64,000 nt of DNA from Candidatus Desulfatifera sulfidica (GTDB taxonomy: Bacteria; Desulfobacterota; Desulfobulbia; Desulfobulbales; Desulfocapsaceae). Location of the stretch: the NCBI GenBank assembly GCA_014381505.1, contig JACNLK010000033.1, forward strand, positions 4,583 to 68,582, written 5' to 3'. Positions 21,148 to 31,866 of the stretch are shown in pieces (the stretch's first letter is position 1; every line of letters begins with the position of its first letter). The notes under the pieces are model-generated. The model searched no databases. It saw only the letters and a list, made by a program, of their open reading frames with translations, and had not been told where the DNA came from. The translations under genes were made by a program, and so were the position numbers.

Positions 21148-22491
21148 CTATTTTTTCTTATCCCGGTTCTTATCGCGGAAAATCAACTGGAGCGGCACCT
21201 TGTCAAGCCCAAGCCCCTCACGATAGCGATTGACCAGATAGCGCTGATAGGAGAAATGGACCCCCTTGGAGCTGTTGCTCATGACTACAAACTTAGGGGG
21301 CCGCTGGCCCACCTGAGACGTGAAGTAGAACTTGAGACGCTTATTTTTGTAGACAGGCGGGGTATGCGTTTCAACAGCATCCTGCAACAGACGGTTCAGA
21401 GCGCCGGTGGGGAAGGTGGCTGTAAACTGACGATGAACTGAACCAATCACCGGAAAGATACGTTTGATTCCGTAGCCGGTCAGGGCCGAAACATGAAGAA
21501 GCGGGGCAAAGCCAACAAAGGGTACTGCCAGACCAATCTCAGCCCATAGCTGTTCCTGGCGTTTTTTATCATCTTGAATCAGATCCCATTTGTTGACCAA
21601 AATGATCAGGGCACGTCCCTGCTCCTGGGTATAACCGATAACCTTGGTATCCTGCTCAGTAATCCCTTCTTCAGCATCAATCAGGACAAGAGCAATATCA
21701 CAACGCTCGAGTGCGGACAGTGCCTTGAGGATACTAAACTTTTCCAGCTTATCCGTGGTTTTTCCCTTCCGGCGGATACCTGCTGTATCGATGAGCAGGT
21801 AATTATATTCACCATAACTGAGCAGGGTATCCACAGAGTCACGGGTTGTCCCTGAGACATCGGAAACCACCATGCGCTCCTGACCAAGAATCTGGTTGAT
21901 CATGGACGACTTTCCAACATTGGGCCGACCAAAAAAGGCCATACGGATAGTATTCTCAGGATAATTTGGCGTTTCTTCATTCTCTTTGAGAGCAGCACCC
22001 AGATCTTCCATCAACGTAGGAAATCCGTAACTGTGTTCAGCTGACAGGGCCCAGAGATGCTCAATTCCCAATTCATAGAACTGACTCAGGAGTTCAGTCT
22101 CCTGCGCCGGACTGTCTATCTTATTCACCACATGAAAGACCTGTTTGTCTGTGCGACGCAGGATATTAACCACCTCATGATCAGCGGGGGTCACCCCCTG
22201 GCGGCCATCCATGAGAAAAAGGATAATATCGGCCTCTTCAATGGCGGCCATGGCCTGATCACGGATATGATCAACCATCACATCGTTGGGATCATCATCA
22301 ATGCCGCCGGTGTCCACCAGCATAAACATCTTGTTATTCCACGTGACCCTTTCGTAATGACGGTCACGGGTTACACCGGGAGTCGGGTCCACAAGAGCCT
22401 TGCGCGACCGGGTAATTCGATTGAAGAGAGTGGATTTGCCGACATTAGGTCGTCCGACCAAGGCGACGATAGAACAGTTCTGGGTTGACAT
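21148..22491 (-). CDS. der: Ribosome-associated GTPase Der (EngA)
   Basis: Two tandem G domains ('GRPNVGKSTLFN' and 'GRPNVGKSSMIN') plus a KH-like C-terminus. Confidence 0.95.
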   Translation of the reverse strand: MSTQNCSIVALVGRPNVGKSTLFNRITRSRKALVDPTPGVTRDRHYERVTWNNKMFMLVDTGGIDDDPNDVMVDHIRDQAMAAIEEADIILFLMDGRQGVTPADHEVVNILRRTDKQVFHVVNKIDSPAQETELLSQFYELGIEHLWALSAEHSYGFPTLMEDLGAALKENEETPNYPENTIRMAFFGRPNVGKSSMINQILGQERMVVSDVSGTTRDSVDTLLSYGEYNYLLIDTAGIRRKGKTTDKLEKFSILKALSALERCDIALVLIDAEEGITEQDTKVIGYTQEQGRALIILVNKWDLIQDDKKRQEQLWAEIGLAVPFVGFAPLLHVSALTGYGIKRIFPVIGSVHRQFTATFPTGALNRLLQDAVETHTPPVYKNKRLKFYFTSQVGQRPPKFVVMSNSSKGVHFSYQRYLVNRYREGLGLDKVPLQLIFRDKNRDKKK

Positions 22492-22837
22492 CTTTTCCTT
22501 TCATACAACAGAGGTAGCATACAGACAGCACGATGTTTTCCGGAATGAACCGAAAAACATCGACATTCAATTTCTCAAGATCTATGTACACCAAAAGCTA
22601 AAACAATGCACCCTATTCACATAAAACAACGATCTTCTTCCCTGACGTATGACCACCTGGGAAAATTATCTTTTCATCCGTGATCTCCGTTACGCTCAAA
22701 ACCTTATCCTCAAGATATTGATTCTATTTCTACAGTAAAACTTATCAAGGAGGTGCAGAAGTATCATTCCGGCAAAGCCCGTGCGGCCTTTTACCTCTTT
22801 CAGCAGCGCCTTCTTTTCTGAAGCCGCAAGAAACACC

Positions 22838-23220
22838 GGCGGCTTCGGCGGCATGACCCGGCTCACCGTCCGCGACGGAAAGGAAATCAAAATCGGACAA
22901 AGGAACTGATGACCAGTCTGATCAATGGTGCCCTCCAACGCAAACAGATCATCTTTCCCTCAGACGATCTGGAGATCGAAGAGCAGTTCACTACCCAGAC
23001 CTACACCCTGCGGCACGGCAAGATTATCTACTCCAAAGGGAACGACCACATCATCGACGCGGTCCGCTGTGCCATGCTCATTCGGGAGCAAGGGAACCTC
23101 GATCTTGCCGTTGAAGGGACCGTTTGGCTCAAGCCTGTTCTGACAGAGCCGGTTTTTATTGAGGTATTTTTTGAAATTCTCGCACCTTTACTTGACATCC
23201 CAACACCAAATAGGCAATAA
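22838..23220 (+). pseudogene. Remnant of a phage terminase large-subunit C-terminus (Mu gp28/Terminase_6-like)
   Basis: 'KELMTSLINGALQRKQIIFPSDDLEIEEQFTTQTYTLRHGKIIYSKGNDHIIDAVRCAML' matches the terminase C-terminal pattern (K-el..l..g.l.lP.d..l..el...GhDD..DA.r.A). The upstream 'GGFGGMTRLTVRDGKEIKIGQRN' is in another frame and ends in a stop. No N-terminal ATPase domain is present. Confidence 0.5.
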
Positions 23221-23243
23221 TTCTTAATTAAGAATGCATTCTT
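23192..23243 (+). promoter_or_regulatory. Putative sigma70-type promoter overlapped by an AT-rich triple-hexamer palindrome (Fur/PerR-box-like operator)
   Basis: TTGACA (23192-23197), then a 17-19 nt spacer to CAATAA/ATAATT. ATTCTTAATTAAGAAT (23220-23235, perfect 16-bp palindrome) overlaps AAGAATGCATTCTT (23230-23243, perfect 14-bp palindrome). This gives hexamers ATTCTT/AAGAAT/ATTCTT in alternating orientation. GGAAGGAG RBS lies at 23283. Confidence 0.45.
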
Positions 23244-23296
23244 ATGGCGGATGGTGTTTTACTCATTCGATTAAAAACAACGGAAGGAGTAGCCTA

Positions 23297-23715
23297 ATGC
23301 CGGAAATCAAAGGAACTGAAACCGAGAAAACCTCCTAAAGACTTTTGCTGGAGAATCACAAGCCCTTAATCGCTATACATATTTTTCCAGTGTAGCCGGG
23401 AAGGAAGGGTGCCGCCAAATTGAGGCTCTTTTCCTGGGAACAGCAGAAAATGAGAGAAAACATGCAAAACGCTTCTTTAAATTTCTTGAAGGGGGAGATA
23501 CAGAAATCACAGCGACTTACCCGGCGGGAAAACCGGTACGACATTAGAAAACCTTAATGCGGCGACGGCAGGTGAGAATGTACAGCAAAGATGTAAGCAT
23601 GCGCTGGAAGTGTAGAAATTGCGGATACGTGCACGACGGTTCCAATGCTCCAAAAATGTGTCCAGCCTGTTTGCACCCTCAAGAGCATTTTGAAGTCAAA
23701 GAAGAGACATGCTAA
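23297..23715 (+). pseudogene. rbr: Rubrerythrin pseudogene (two frameshifts plus an internal deletion)
   Basis: The reading needs three frames. Frame 1 is 'MPEIKGTETEK' followed by a stop. Frame 2 is 'NLLKTFAGESQALNRYTYF...ENERKHAKRFFKFLEGGDTEITATYPAGK' followed by a stop. Frame 3 gives 'GTTLENLNAATAGEN'. That joins directly to the rubredoxin-like end 'RWKCRNCGYVHDGSNAPKMCPACLHPQEHFEV'. The second ferritin-like helix pair (~70 aa) is missing. Confidence 0.8.
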
Positions 23716-23740
23716 TTTTTCCCATGACGGATTGAGTATT

Positions 23741-24205
23741 ATGGAACCTATGAAATGCGAATTTGATGAACGAATAAAATTGTTCGAACAGGTTTGCAAA
23801 AGCAAAAATATAAAGATTACTCATCAGCGAATGGAGATTTTCCGAGAGATTGCAACAGCGGGAGATCACTCGGATGCGGAATCTATTTATCAGCGTGTCA
23901 AAGAGCGGTTGCCTACTATATCACTTGATACCGTTTACCGGGCTCTTTGGCTCTTCAATGATTTGGGGCTTATCAAGACGCTCGGCGCAACAAGGGAGCG
24001 AACCCGATTTGATGCTAACCTGAATCAGCACCACCACTTTACTTGCAGTGTTTGTGGGCTAATACGAGACATCTATGCCAAGGACTTTGATGAGCTTAAA
24101 CTGCCGAATTCCATCAATGAAATTGGGCAGCCATACTCAACCCACGTGGAAGTGCGCGGGGTTTGTTTAACGTGTTCTCAAAACAAAAAACAAGATCAAC
24201 GCTAA
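23741..24205 (+). CDS. Fur-family transcriptional regulator (PerR-like)
   Basis: 'KITHQRMEIFREI', winged helix, 'HHHFTCSVCG' and C-terminal 'CLTC' (CxxC...CxxC zinc site). The start is taken at ATG 23741. The longer ORF from 23645 overlaps the rubrerythrin remnant. Confidence 0.85.
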   Translation: MEPMKCEFDERIKLFEQVCKSKNIKITHQRMEIFREIATAGDHSDAESIYQRVKERLPTISLDTVYRALWLFNDLGLIKTLGATRERTRFDANLNQHHHFTCSVCGLIRDIYAKDFDELKLPNSINEIGQPYSTHVEVRGVCLTCSQNKKQDQR

Positions 24206-26440
<2,235 letters not shown>

Positions 26441-26538
26441 CAACAACTGAATATGCTGAGCTCTTGTGAGTTTAATGGCTCGGCATATTGTTGGGTCGTC
26501 GCCAGATATCCGGCCGACCCATGGTCATGACCAATTCT

Positions 26539-26586
26539 GCAAAACCTCTGCACTTATTCACAATTGCAGAGGTTTTGTCTTTTTTG
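26539..26586 (+). terminator. Rho-independent terminator downstream of katG
   Basis: Stem GCAAAACCTCTGCA / TGCAGAGGTTTTGT followed by a T-run (tcttttttg). Confidence 0.7.
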
Positions 26587-26615
26587 ACTGTGTGCATATC
26601 ACTCTCCCCAATGCT

Positions 26616-26655
26616 ACAAATCCAAGAAGATTGTTCACCATCTTCTTGGATTTGT
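26616..26655. repeat. Perfect 16-bp inverted repeat hairpin
   Basis: ACAAATCCAAGAAGAT - 8 nt - ATCTTCTTGGATTTGT. No U-tract on either strand. It lies between the katG terminator and the ISL3 remnant. Confidence 0.6.
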
Positions 26656-26794
26656 AACAAGCACCTGCCGCCGTTCCGACGTTTTTCCTCTCCCTCCGGT
26701 AAGTAATCCCAGTGTTGCCGCGATCGCCACACAGCGGGCCGTTAGGCCGGAAACAACCCGAGAGCATTGCATCCTGAGAGACCTTGAGGTTTTT

Positions 26795-26926
26795 TCAATT
26801 CTTCAGCCAGATGTAACGTGTCCTTGCCAGTTCAGGTCGCTCCTTTTGTTCCTGACGGCGCACTTCATCTACTGCTTCATTGATGATTTTCATGATATGA
26901 AACTTATCAAAAGTTTGAACACGCCT
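26795..26926 (-). mobile_element. ISL3-family transposase internal fragment (remnant)
   Basis: 'RRVQTFDKFHIMKIINEAVDEVRRQEQKERPELARTRYIWLKN' matches the ISL3 'DRFHV.K....A.D.VRR.E....LKG.RY.LLKN' block and is followed by a stop. Only ~44 aa of a normally >400-aa protein remain. Confidence 0.65.
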
Positions 26927-26975
26927 TGACCCTGAACAAGTATTTTCATTTTTCAAGGTACCTGTGCAGAATGAT

Positions 26976-27410
26976 TTAATTGCGCACAGCCCGTACCACT
27001 CCAACCTGTTTAGGGACATACTGCCGTTCCGGATCACAGTTATCATCAAGCTCCCAGGCCCCGGCTCGCCCCTCAAGATCCTTGTCTCCTGACCAGAAAT
27101 TCCCCTTCACCTGAATCTGGCAGCGGCCTGTTTCGTGGAGGTCAGACATCATAGTCAATTCAAACAATTCACCGACAGTAGGCAGTCGCCAATCGTTGTA
27201 GCCACCCAGATTGAGTTCATCCACATAGGCCTGAGCCTCGACCAAGGATCGCACTCTCCTGCTGGTTTCCACCTGCCACATCTTACCGCTATTCACTTCC
27301 TGACAAAAACCCTGTGTGGTCTCCTGCAATCTCACCGCTCCATATAACGGTTGCACCAAACTCAACACAACCAACACAACCATGCCACCAATCAATCTCT
27401 GTTGTTTCAT
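26976..27410 (-). CDS. Secreted DUF1566 (Lcl C-terminal domain) protein
   Basis: ATG at 27410 follows AGGAGG (MKQQRLIGGMVVLVVLSLVQPLYG = signal peptide). 'GGYNDWRLPTVGELFEL' is the DUF1566 signature. The ORF-track extension to 27584 overlaps the TetR gene. Confidence 0.7.
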   Translation of the reverse strand: MKQQRLIGGMVVLVVLSLVQPLYGAVRLQETTQGFCQEVNSGKMWQVETSRRVRSLVEAQAYVDELNLGGYNDWRLPTVGELFELTMMSDLHETGRCQIQVKGNFWSGDKDLEGRAGAWELDDNCDPERQYVPKQVGVVRAVRN

Positions 27411-27525
27411 ATCATCAACCTCCTGCTTTATGTACCGACCGAACGGTACAATCAATGGACAAAAACAGATAAAACTTCTTTTTCCATCAAAGAAAGCCCT
27501 CTTGGGCAGGTAAAAAAGATCAGCC

Positions 27526-28119
27526 TCAGGGGTTTTCCACCTGCAGAATGCTCTGCAGAGCCAGGATGCAATCCTGGAAATCATTTTTGCTTCGATTGAG
27601 CCGTGACATCATGATTCCGCCTTCCACAGCAGCCACGACGAGTTTAGCCATCCGGGAGACAGGGACAGGACAACGATAGTCAGTATCGCGCTCAGCTTCA
27701 TACAAACACTGCTCAATCCTTGCCAGCCAATGCTTAAACACTGAATGGAGTATTTCAGCAAAACGGGAGTCGCCCTCAGTCATTTCCAAGGCAGCGTTTC
27801 CAAACAAACAGCCACCCACAAAATTATCTTTTTCCATTTGGTGAAGAATAACGGTACAGGAATTGATAATTCTCTCAAGCGGATCAGACGCGACACAGGA
27901 AGTCTCGAGCAAGGCAAAAAAATCCTCGCGCGCATCCTTTAAGACAGCCAGTCCAAGGGCCTCTTTACTCGTAAAATAATAATAAAGGTTACCCTTTTTT
28001 ACACCTGTCGCCTCAATGACGGCACTAACCGGTGTATTTGCAAACCCCCGGACAGTGAAAAGCTGCCGACAGGTCTTGATGATATGTTCACGGGTATCTT
28101 TTTGTCTCGCTGTGGCCAC
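27526..28119 (-). CDS. TetR/AcrR-family transcriptional regulator
   Basis: N-terminal HTH 'REHIIKTCRQLFTVRGFANTPVSAVIEATGVKKGNLYYYFTSKEAL'. The start is uncertain: GTG 28119 (GGGGA upstream) is preferred over TTG 28146. Confidence 0.85.
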   Translation of the reverse strand: MATARQKDTREHIIKTCRQLFTVRGFANTPVSAVIEATGVKKGNLYYYFTSKEALGLAVLKDAREDFFALLETSCVASDPLERIINSCTVILHQMEKDNFVGGCLFGNAALEMTEGDSRFAEILHSVFKHWLARIEQCLYEAERDTDYRCPVPVSRMAKLVVAAVEGGIMMSRLNRSKNDFQDCILALQSILQVENP

Positions 28120-28255
28120 CGAATTCCCCTTTAATAAAAAAACCAACCGTTCAGTACAAATTACAGTCGTGGATCAATGAAATCAAGTTTTTTCTGCTTG
28201 CTCTCTGCTGAATATACATTGCAGATGTTATGAAAGAGTGGTGCACAAACAATAT

Positions 28256-28296
28256 TTCTGCTGACTGTTCCTTGCAAACTGCAACAGTCAGCAGAA
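28256..28296 (-). terminator. Hairpin downstream of tamB (terminator candidate)
   Basis: Perfect 14-bp stem TTCTGCTGACTGTT / AACAGTCAGCAGAA with a 13-nt loop. The downstream sequence on the minus strand is moderately T-rich (atattgtttgt). Confidence 0.5.
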
Positions 28297-28374
28297 GAAC
28301 AGGCCGAAAGTCTAAAGCATCACGGTCACACAGAGGGCTCTCTCAGGGATAACAATATCCTTTACCAGACGCTT

Positions 28375-31300
28375 TCAGCGCTCAACTGACCAGAGAAAAT
28401 CAGCTCCGGAGCCCAAAGAGTTCACCTCGGTGACGACAGAAAAACCATGCCCCAAGTCATAACTGGCCCGAAACAGGCTTGAGGCATTGAACAGATCATA
28501 ACCGTAGCTGAGATAAAGATCAGAGGCCACCCGGCTGCCGAGCATTAAAGACATTGGTGATGATTCATCACCACCTGTAAAGGTCAGATCATCAATACCA
28601 AATCCCTGCTGCAACTCAGACAACAAAGATAAACCTTGAGACAATCCCACTGCCGCAGCCGCCCGCTGCAAAAATCCCTGATCTTCCTCTGCACCAAACG
28701 TTACCGTTCCTGCCAGAATCTTGGCCAAAGCATCCCGCTCATTCATAACCGGATCAGAAAACAGGGAGTATTTCATATCCTCCACAGTACCTGAGACCAG
28801 AACTCCCACCTCACCATGATCAACCAGACGCCTGGCTCGAATGTCCACTGCAGGATTATTGAGCGGGGTCTCAAAATAACTGATTCGCCCACGACTGATA
28901 TCAAGGGTCCGCCCCTTAAATGTAAATGATCCCTGATCAAGACTGAGACTTCCGCTCCCGGTAAGCTCCCTGTTCCCTGCAAAGTCGATATCCAGACCAC
29001 CAGTCAGCAGACCGTTGAGACCAAACCCCTGGAACTGAACCGCATCCCCCAGGCCAATCGTCACCCGGCCACTGATTACCGACTCTCCCCCAACCGCCGT
29101 CGAAGGAAGATCACCATTCACAACAACCACATCAGGTGACAGACTTAAGCCATCCTGATTCGAAGGAAAGATTATTTCTCCTTCCACAACCTCTACCCGA
29201 CCACTCAAGCGACCAAGATGATCAGCATAATTAAAACGCAGATCCGGGTCAGCCACAAGACGATATTCCGGGATATTAAGAATCAGCAGTTCACGACCAC
29301 GCATCCCCCCCTGTATGAGCCATCCCCGCTGTGCATCATGCCTGCCCCTTCCCTCAAGTGCCAATGACCCGGTTCCTGACTCTGCTGACAAATCCAGGCA
29401 CAACCACCGGTCACAACTTTCCATGGAAGCATTCAACTCTTCCAGAATAATTCCAGCCGCTGGAACTTGAATCTGTCCATCAAGCAAATCCAAACGACCA
29501 CGAAACTCAGGCTCATCCAAACTGCCATCCACATCAAAACGGCCACCCAGGTGACCAGTCAGCAGGAAGAGTCCCTGACTCAGAGAGTCTAAAACAGCAA
29601 CATCCGGTAACTCAACATCGACACGACCACTCAATGATGCCTTGCTCAAGTCTGTAAGATCTGTAAGATCAATGGGACCAGTAGCAATCTTGGCCCGTGC
29701 CTGAATGTGCCCCTGCCCCTGGACACCTACCCCCAACTCTGCCTCAAGCTGCTCGCCGTCATAATCAAAAACAACATTATTCTCAGCCAGTTTCAAAAAA
29801 GATGCAGTTGACTCCTCCTTCAGGGAATCCACCAAAGTTAAATCTGGAATTTGCAGCTCGCCGACAAGAGTACTGAGATGCCACTGATTGGCAGCAGCCC
29901 GGACCGTACCTCGAGCATGTCCATCCAGAGGATCAAGGTGACCGGTAAAAAACTTGAACAGTTCCAGATCAACATCCTCAAGTTGACCAACCAGCTGCCA
30001 GGTTCCAGAAAAATCACCGTCCCCCTCCACACACAACTCACCAGAGCCATCACTGACCATACAGAGGGGAGCCAATGTGTATCCGGTTCGGGCCAGCGTC
30101 ATGGGAGAAGGATTACCCAACTGCCATTCTCCGAGACTCTCACTTACCCAAAACAACCGAACCAATTCCCCCTGCCAATTCTTTTCTTGCAACCCTCCAC
30201 GAACGGCACCGGAGAGCCAATCACTCTCCCGTTGAAGATCAACCCGCAATTCATGATCAGCACGACTCCCACCAAGTTCCAATCGACCGCTGTCAATAAT
30301 CAGGGACCCACTCTGCCACCGGCCAGTGTTCACCTCACCTGTCACAGCTCCCTGAGGACTCAAATCAAGAGCCAAAGAACCATCAACTTCATCAAGCCAC
30401 AATCCCTGATAACTCAGTTCTGCACCTGTGAATTCTGTCTCAAGCAACAAATTCTCCGGTCTCCCGCTCACACGACCCTGTAAATCCAATTGACCGGAGC
30501 CCCCAGGGAGCAGATCTGTCAACTGCGGACAACGGGCCTCAATCTCAAGGTCAAACACTTTCGACCAACTCCCCTTGACCAGAATATGATTTTCACCACT
30601 GTCCAGGCTCAACCCGGAGATCTGCCATTCTCCGTTTTCAAAACGGCTCCGGCCAGTCACATGGAAGGGGGCATCACGTAATTCACCATCCAGAGAATGC
30701 AAGTCAATTTCTGTCCGCAGCTCTCCATCCTTCCATGATCCACTGGTAACCACATCGATATTCAGACGTCCGGGCCAGGCCGGAAACATCTTCTCTGGAG
30801 TAAAATCAGAACCTGACAGCTCTGCTCGCCAAGCCAGCCCCTGCTGCCACCCCAACTTGCCATGCCCCTGAACGTTACCACCGGGGAACTCCCACTTCAT
30901 CACGTCAACTGTCAGTCCTTTGGCATCAGCAGTCAACTCAGCGCTGAGCGGCATTTCGACACCACCTCTCTGAATCAGCTGTCCCTGCAAATTCCCATAA
31001 AAATCACTTCCACGCCCAAGCAATGCCAGTTTTCCGCCCGCTGCCAACCCATCCAATGGGGACCACAAAACAGCGAGTTCCGCATCCTGCCAATCCAGAT
31101 CCAGCTGCCAATCAAAAGTTCTCGGCAGACCTTTAAGCTGCCCCTGCATATTCACGGCAAAAGGAGTTCTGAGTTCCACATCCAATGCCAAATCCCGTAA
31201 AGAACCATGCACCTGAAGCAGACCACTCAACTCATCCCAGGGGCCATGCGCTCCGCTAAAAGAACCGACCATATCAGCAGTCCAATCTCCCTGCAGGTTC

Positions 31301-31866
31301 AACTCACCACTCAGGGCCAACTGCCACTTCTTTTGAACCAGCGTCAACTCGTCCAGTTTCAGGTGACGATCCTGCACATCAAAAGCAGCACTGAGTCTAT
31401 CTACCGACAAATATTCATCTGCCGTTGTTCCAATAAACGCAATATCCAGCAACTCAAACCGATCTACCCGAACAGGCAGCGGTACAACCACATCTATCGG
31501 GCCAGCCTGTACTCTTTCTTGCCCGGACTGATCGGTCTCCGTCTCGGGAAAATGAATCCGTAGGCCCTGTCCATGCAATTCGCGCAGATATAATTCGCCG
31601 ACAAAAAGGCTTCCAGTCTGCACAGCCAGGCTCAGTCTATCCACAGCCACCGAGGTTTTCCCGATCTGAACCTGCAAGCCACGCAGAGTCACCTGGCCCA
31701 GAAGTGTTCCCTGAACCTGCTCCACCTTAAACGCTTTACCCAGAAACACTTCAAGACGCTGTACACCCCAAACCAGACCCGATTCACTGTACCCCAACCA
31801 ACCAACGGCCGTAGCCGTCAAGACCAGCAGCAGACCCAGAACCCGGATAAAATTTCTCCAGATCAT
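28375..31866 (-). CDS. tamB: Translocation and assembly module subunit TamB (DUF490)
   Basis: 1163 aa with an N-terminal signal anchor and long repetitive beta-rich G/D/L sequence. The C-terminal DUF490-type end is '...LSYGYDLFNASSLFRASYDLGHGFSVVTE'. Its start overlaps the tamA stop (ATGA). Confidence 0.85.
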   Translation of the reverse strand: MIWRNFIRVLGLLLVLTATAVGWLGYSESGLVWGVQRLEVFLGKAFKVEQVQGTLLGQVTLRGLQVQIGKTSVAVDRLSLAVQTGSLFVGELYLRELHGQGLRIHFPETETDQSGQERVQAGPIDVVVPLPVRVDRFELLDIAFIGTTADEYLSVDRLSAAFDVQDRHLKLDELTLVQKKWQLALSGELNLQGDWTADMVGSFSGAHGPWDELSGLLQVHGSLRDLALDVELRTPFAVNMQGQLKGLPRTFDWQLDLDWQDAELAVLWSPLDGLAAGGKLALLGRGSDFYGNLQGQLIQRGGVEMPLSAELTADAKGLTVDVMKWEFPGGNVQGHGKLGWQQGLAWRAELSGSDFTPEKMFPAWPGRLNIDVVTSGSWKDGELRTEIDLHSLDGELRDAPFHVTGRSRFENGEWQISGLSLDSGENHILVKGSWSKVFDLEIEARCPQLTDLLPGGSGQLDLQGRVSGRPENLLLETEFTGAELSYQGLWLDEVDGSLALDLSPQGAVTGEVNTGRWQSGSLIIDSGRLELGGSRADHELRVDLQRESDWLSGAVRGGLQEKNWQGELVRLFWVSESLGEWQLGNPSPMTLARTGYTLAPLCMVSDGSGELCVEGDGDFSGTWQLVGQLEDVDLELFKFFTGHLDPLDGHARGTVRAAANQWHLSTLVGELQIPDLTLVDSLKEESTASFLKLAENNVVFDYDGEQLEAELGVGVQGQGHIQARAKIATGPIDLTDLTDLSKASLSGRVDVELPDVAVLDSLSQGLFLLTGHLGGRFDVDGSLDEPEFRGRLDLLDGQIQVPAAGIILEELNASMESCDRWLCLDLSAESGTGSLALEGRGRHDAQRGWLIQGGMRGRELLILNIPEYRLVADPDLRFNYADHLGRLSGRVEVVEGEIIFPSNQDGLSLSPDVVVVNGDLPSTAVGGESVISGRVTIGLGDAVQFQGFGLNGLLTGGLDIDFAGNRELTGSGSLSLDQGSFTFKGRTLDISRGRISYFETPLNNPAVDIRARRLVDHGEVGVLVSGTVEDMKYSLFSDPVMNERDALAKILAGTVTFGAEEDQGFLQRAAAAVGLSQGLSLLSELQQGFGIDDLTFTGGDESSPMSLMLGSRVASDLYLSYGYDLFNASSLFRASYDLGHGFSVVTEVNSLGSGADFLWSVER

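Noticed and set aside
22696-22938. 80-aa minus-strand ORF in the der-terminase gap
   Set aside because: It has no motif or RBS and lies antisense to the terminase-remnant reading frames. It is most likely chance.
29851-30483. 210-aa plus-strand ORF (and several shorter ones) inside tamB
   Set aside because: The repetitive, compositionally biased tamB sequence generates long antisense ORFs. They show no independent support.
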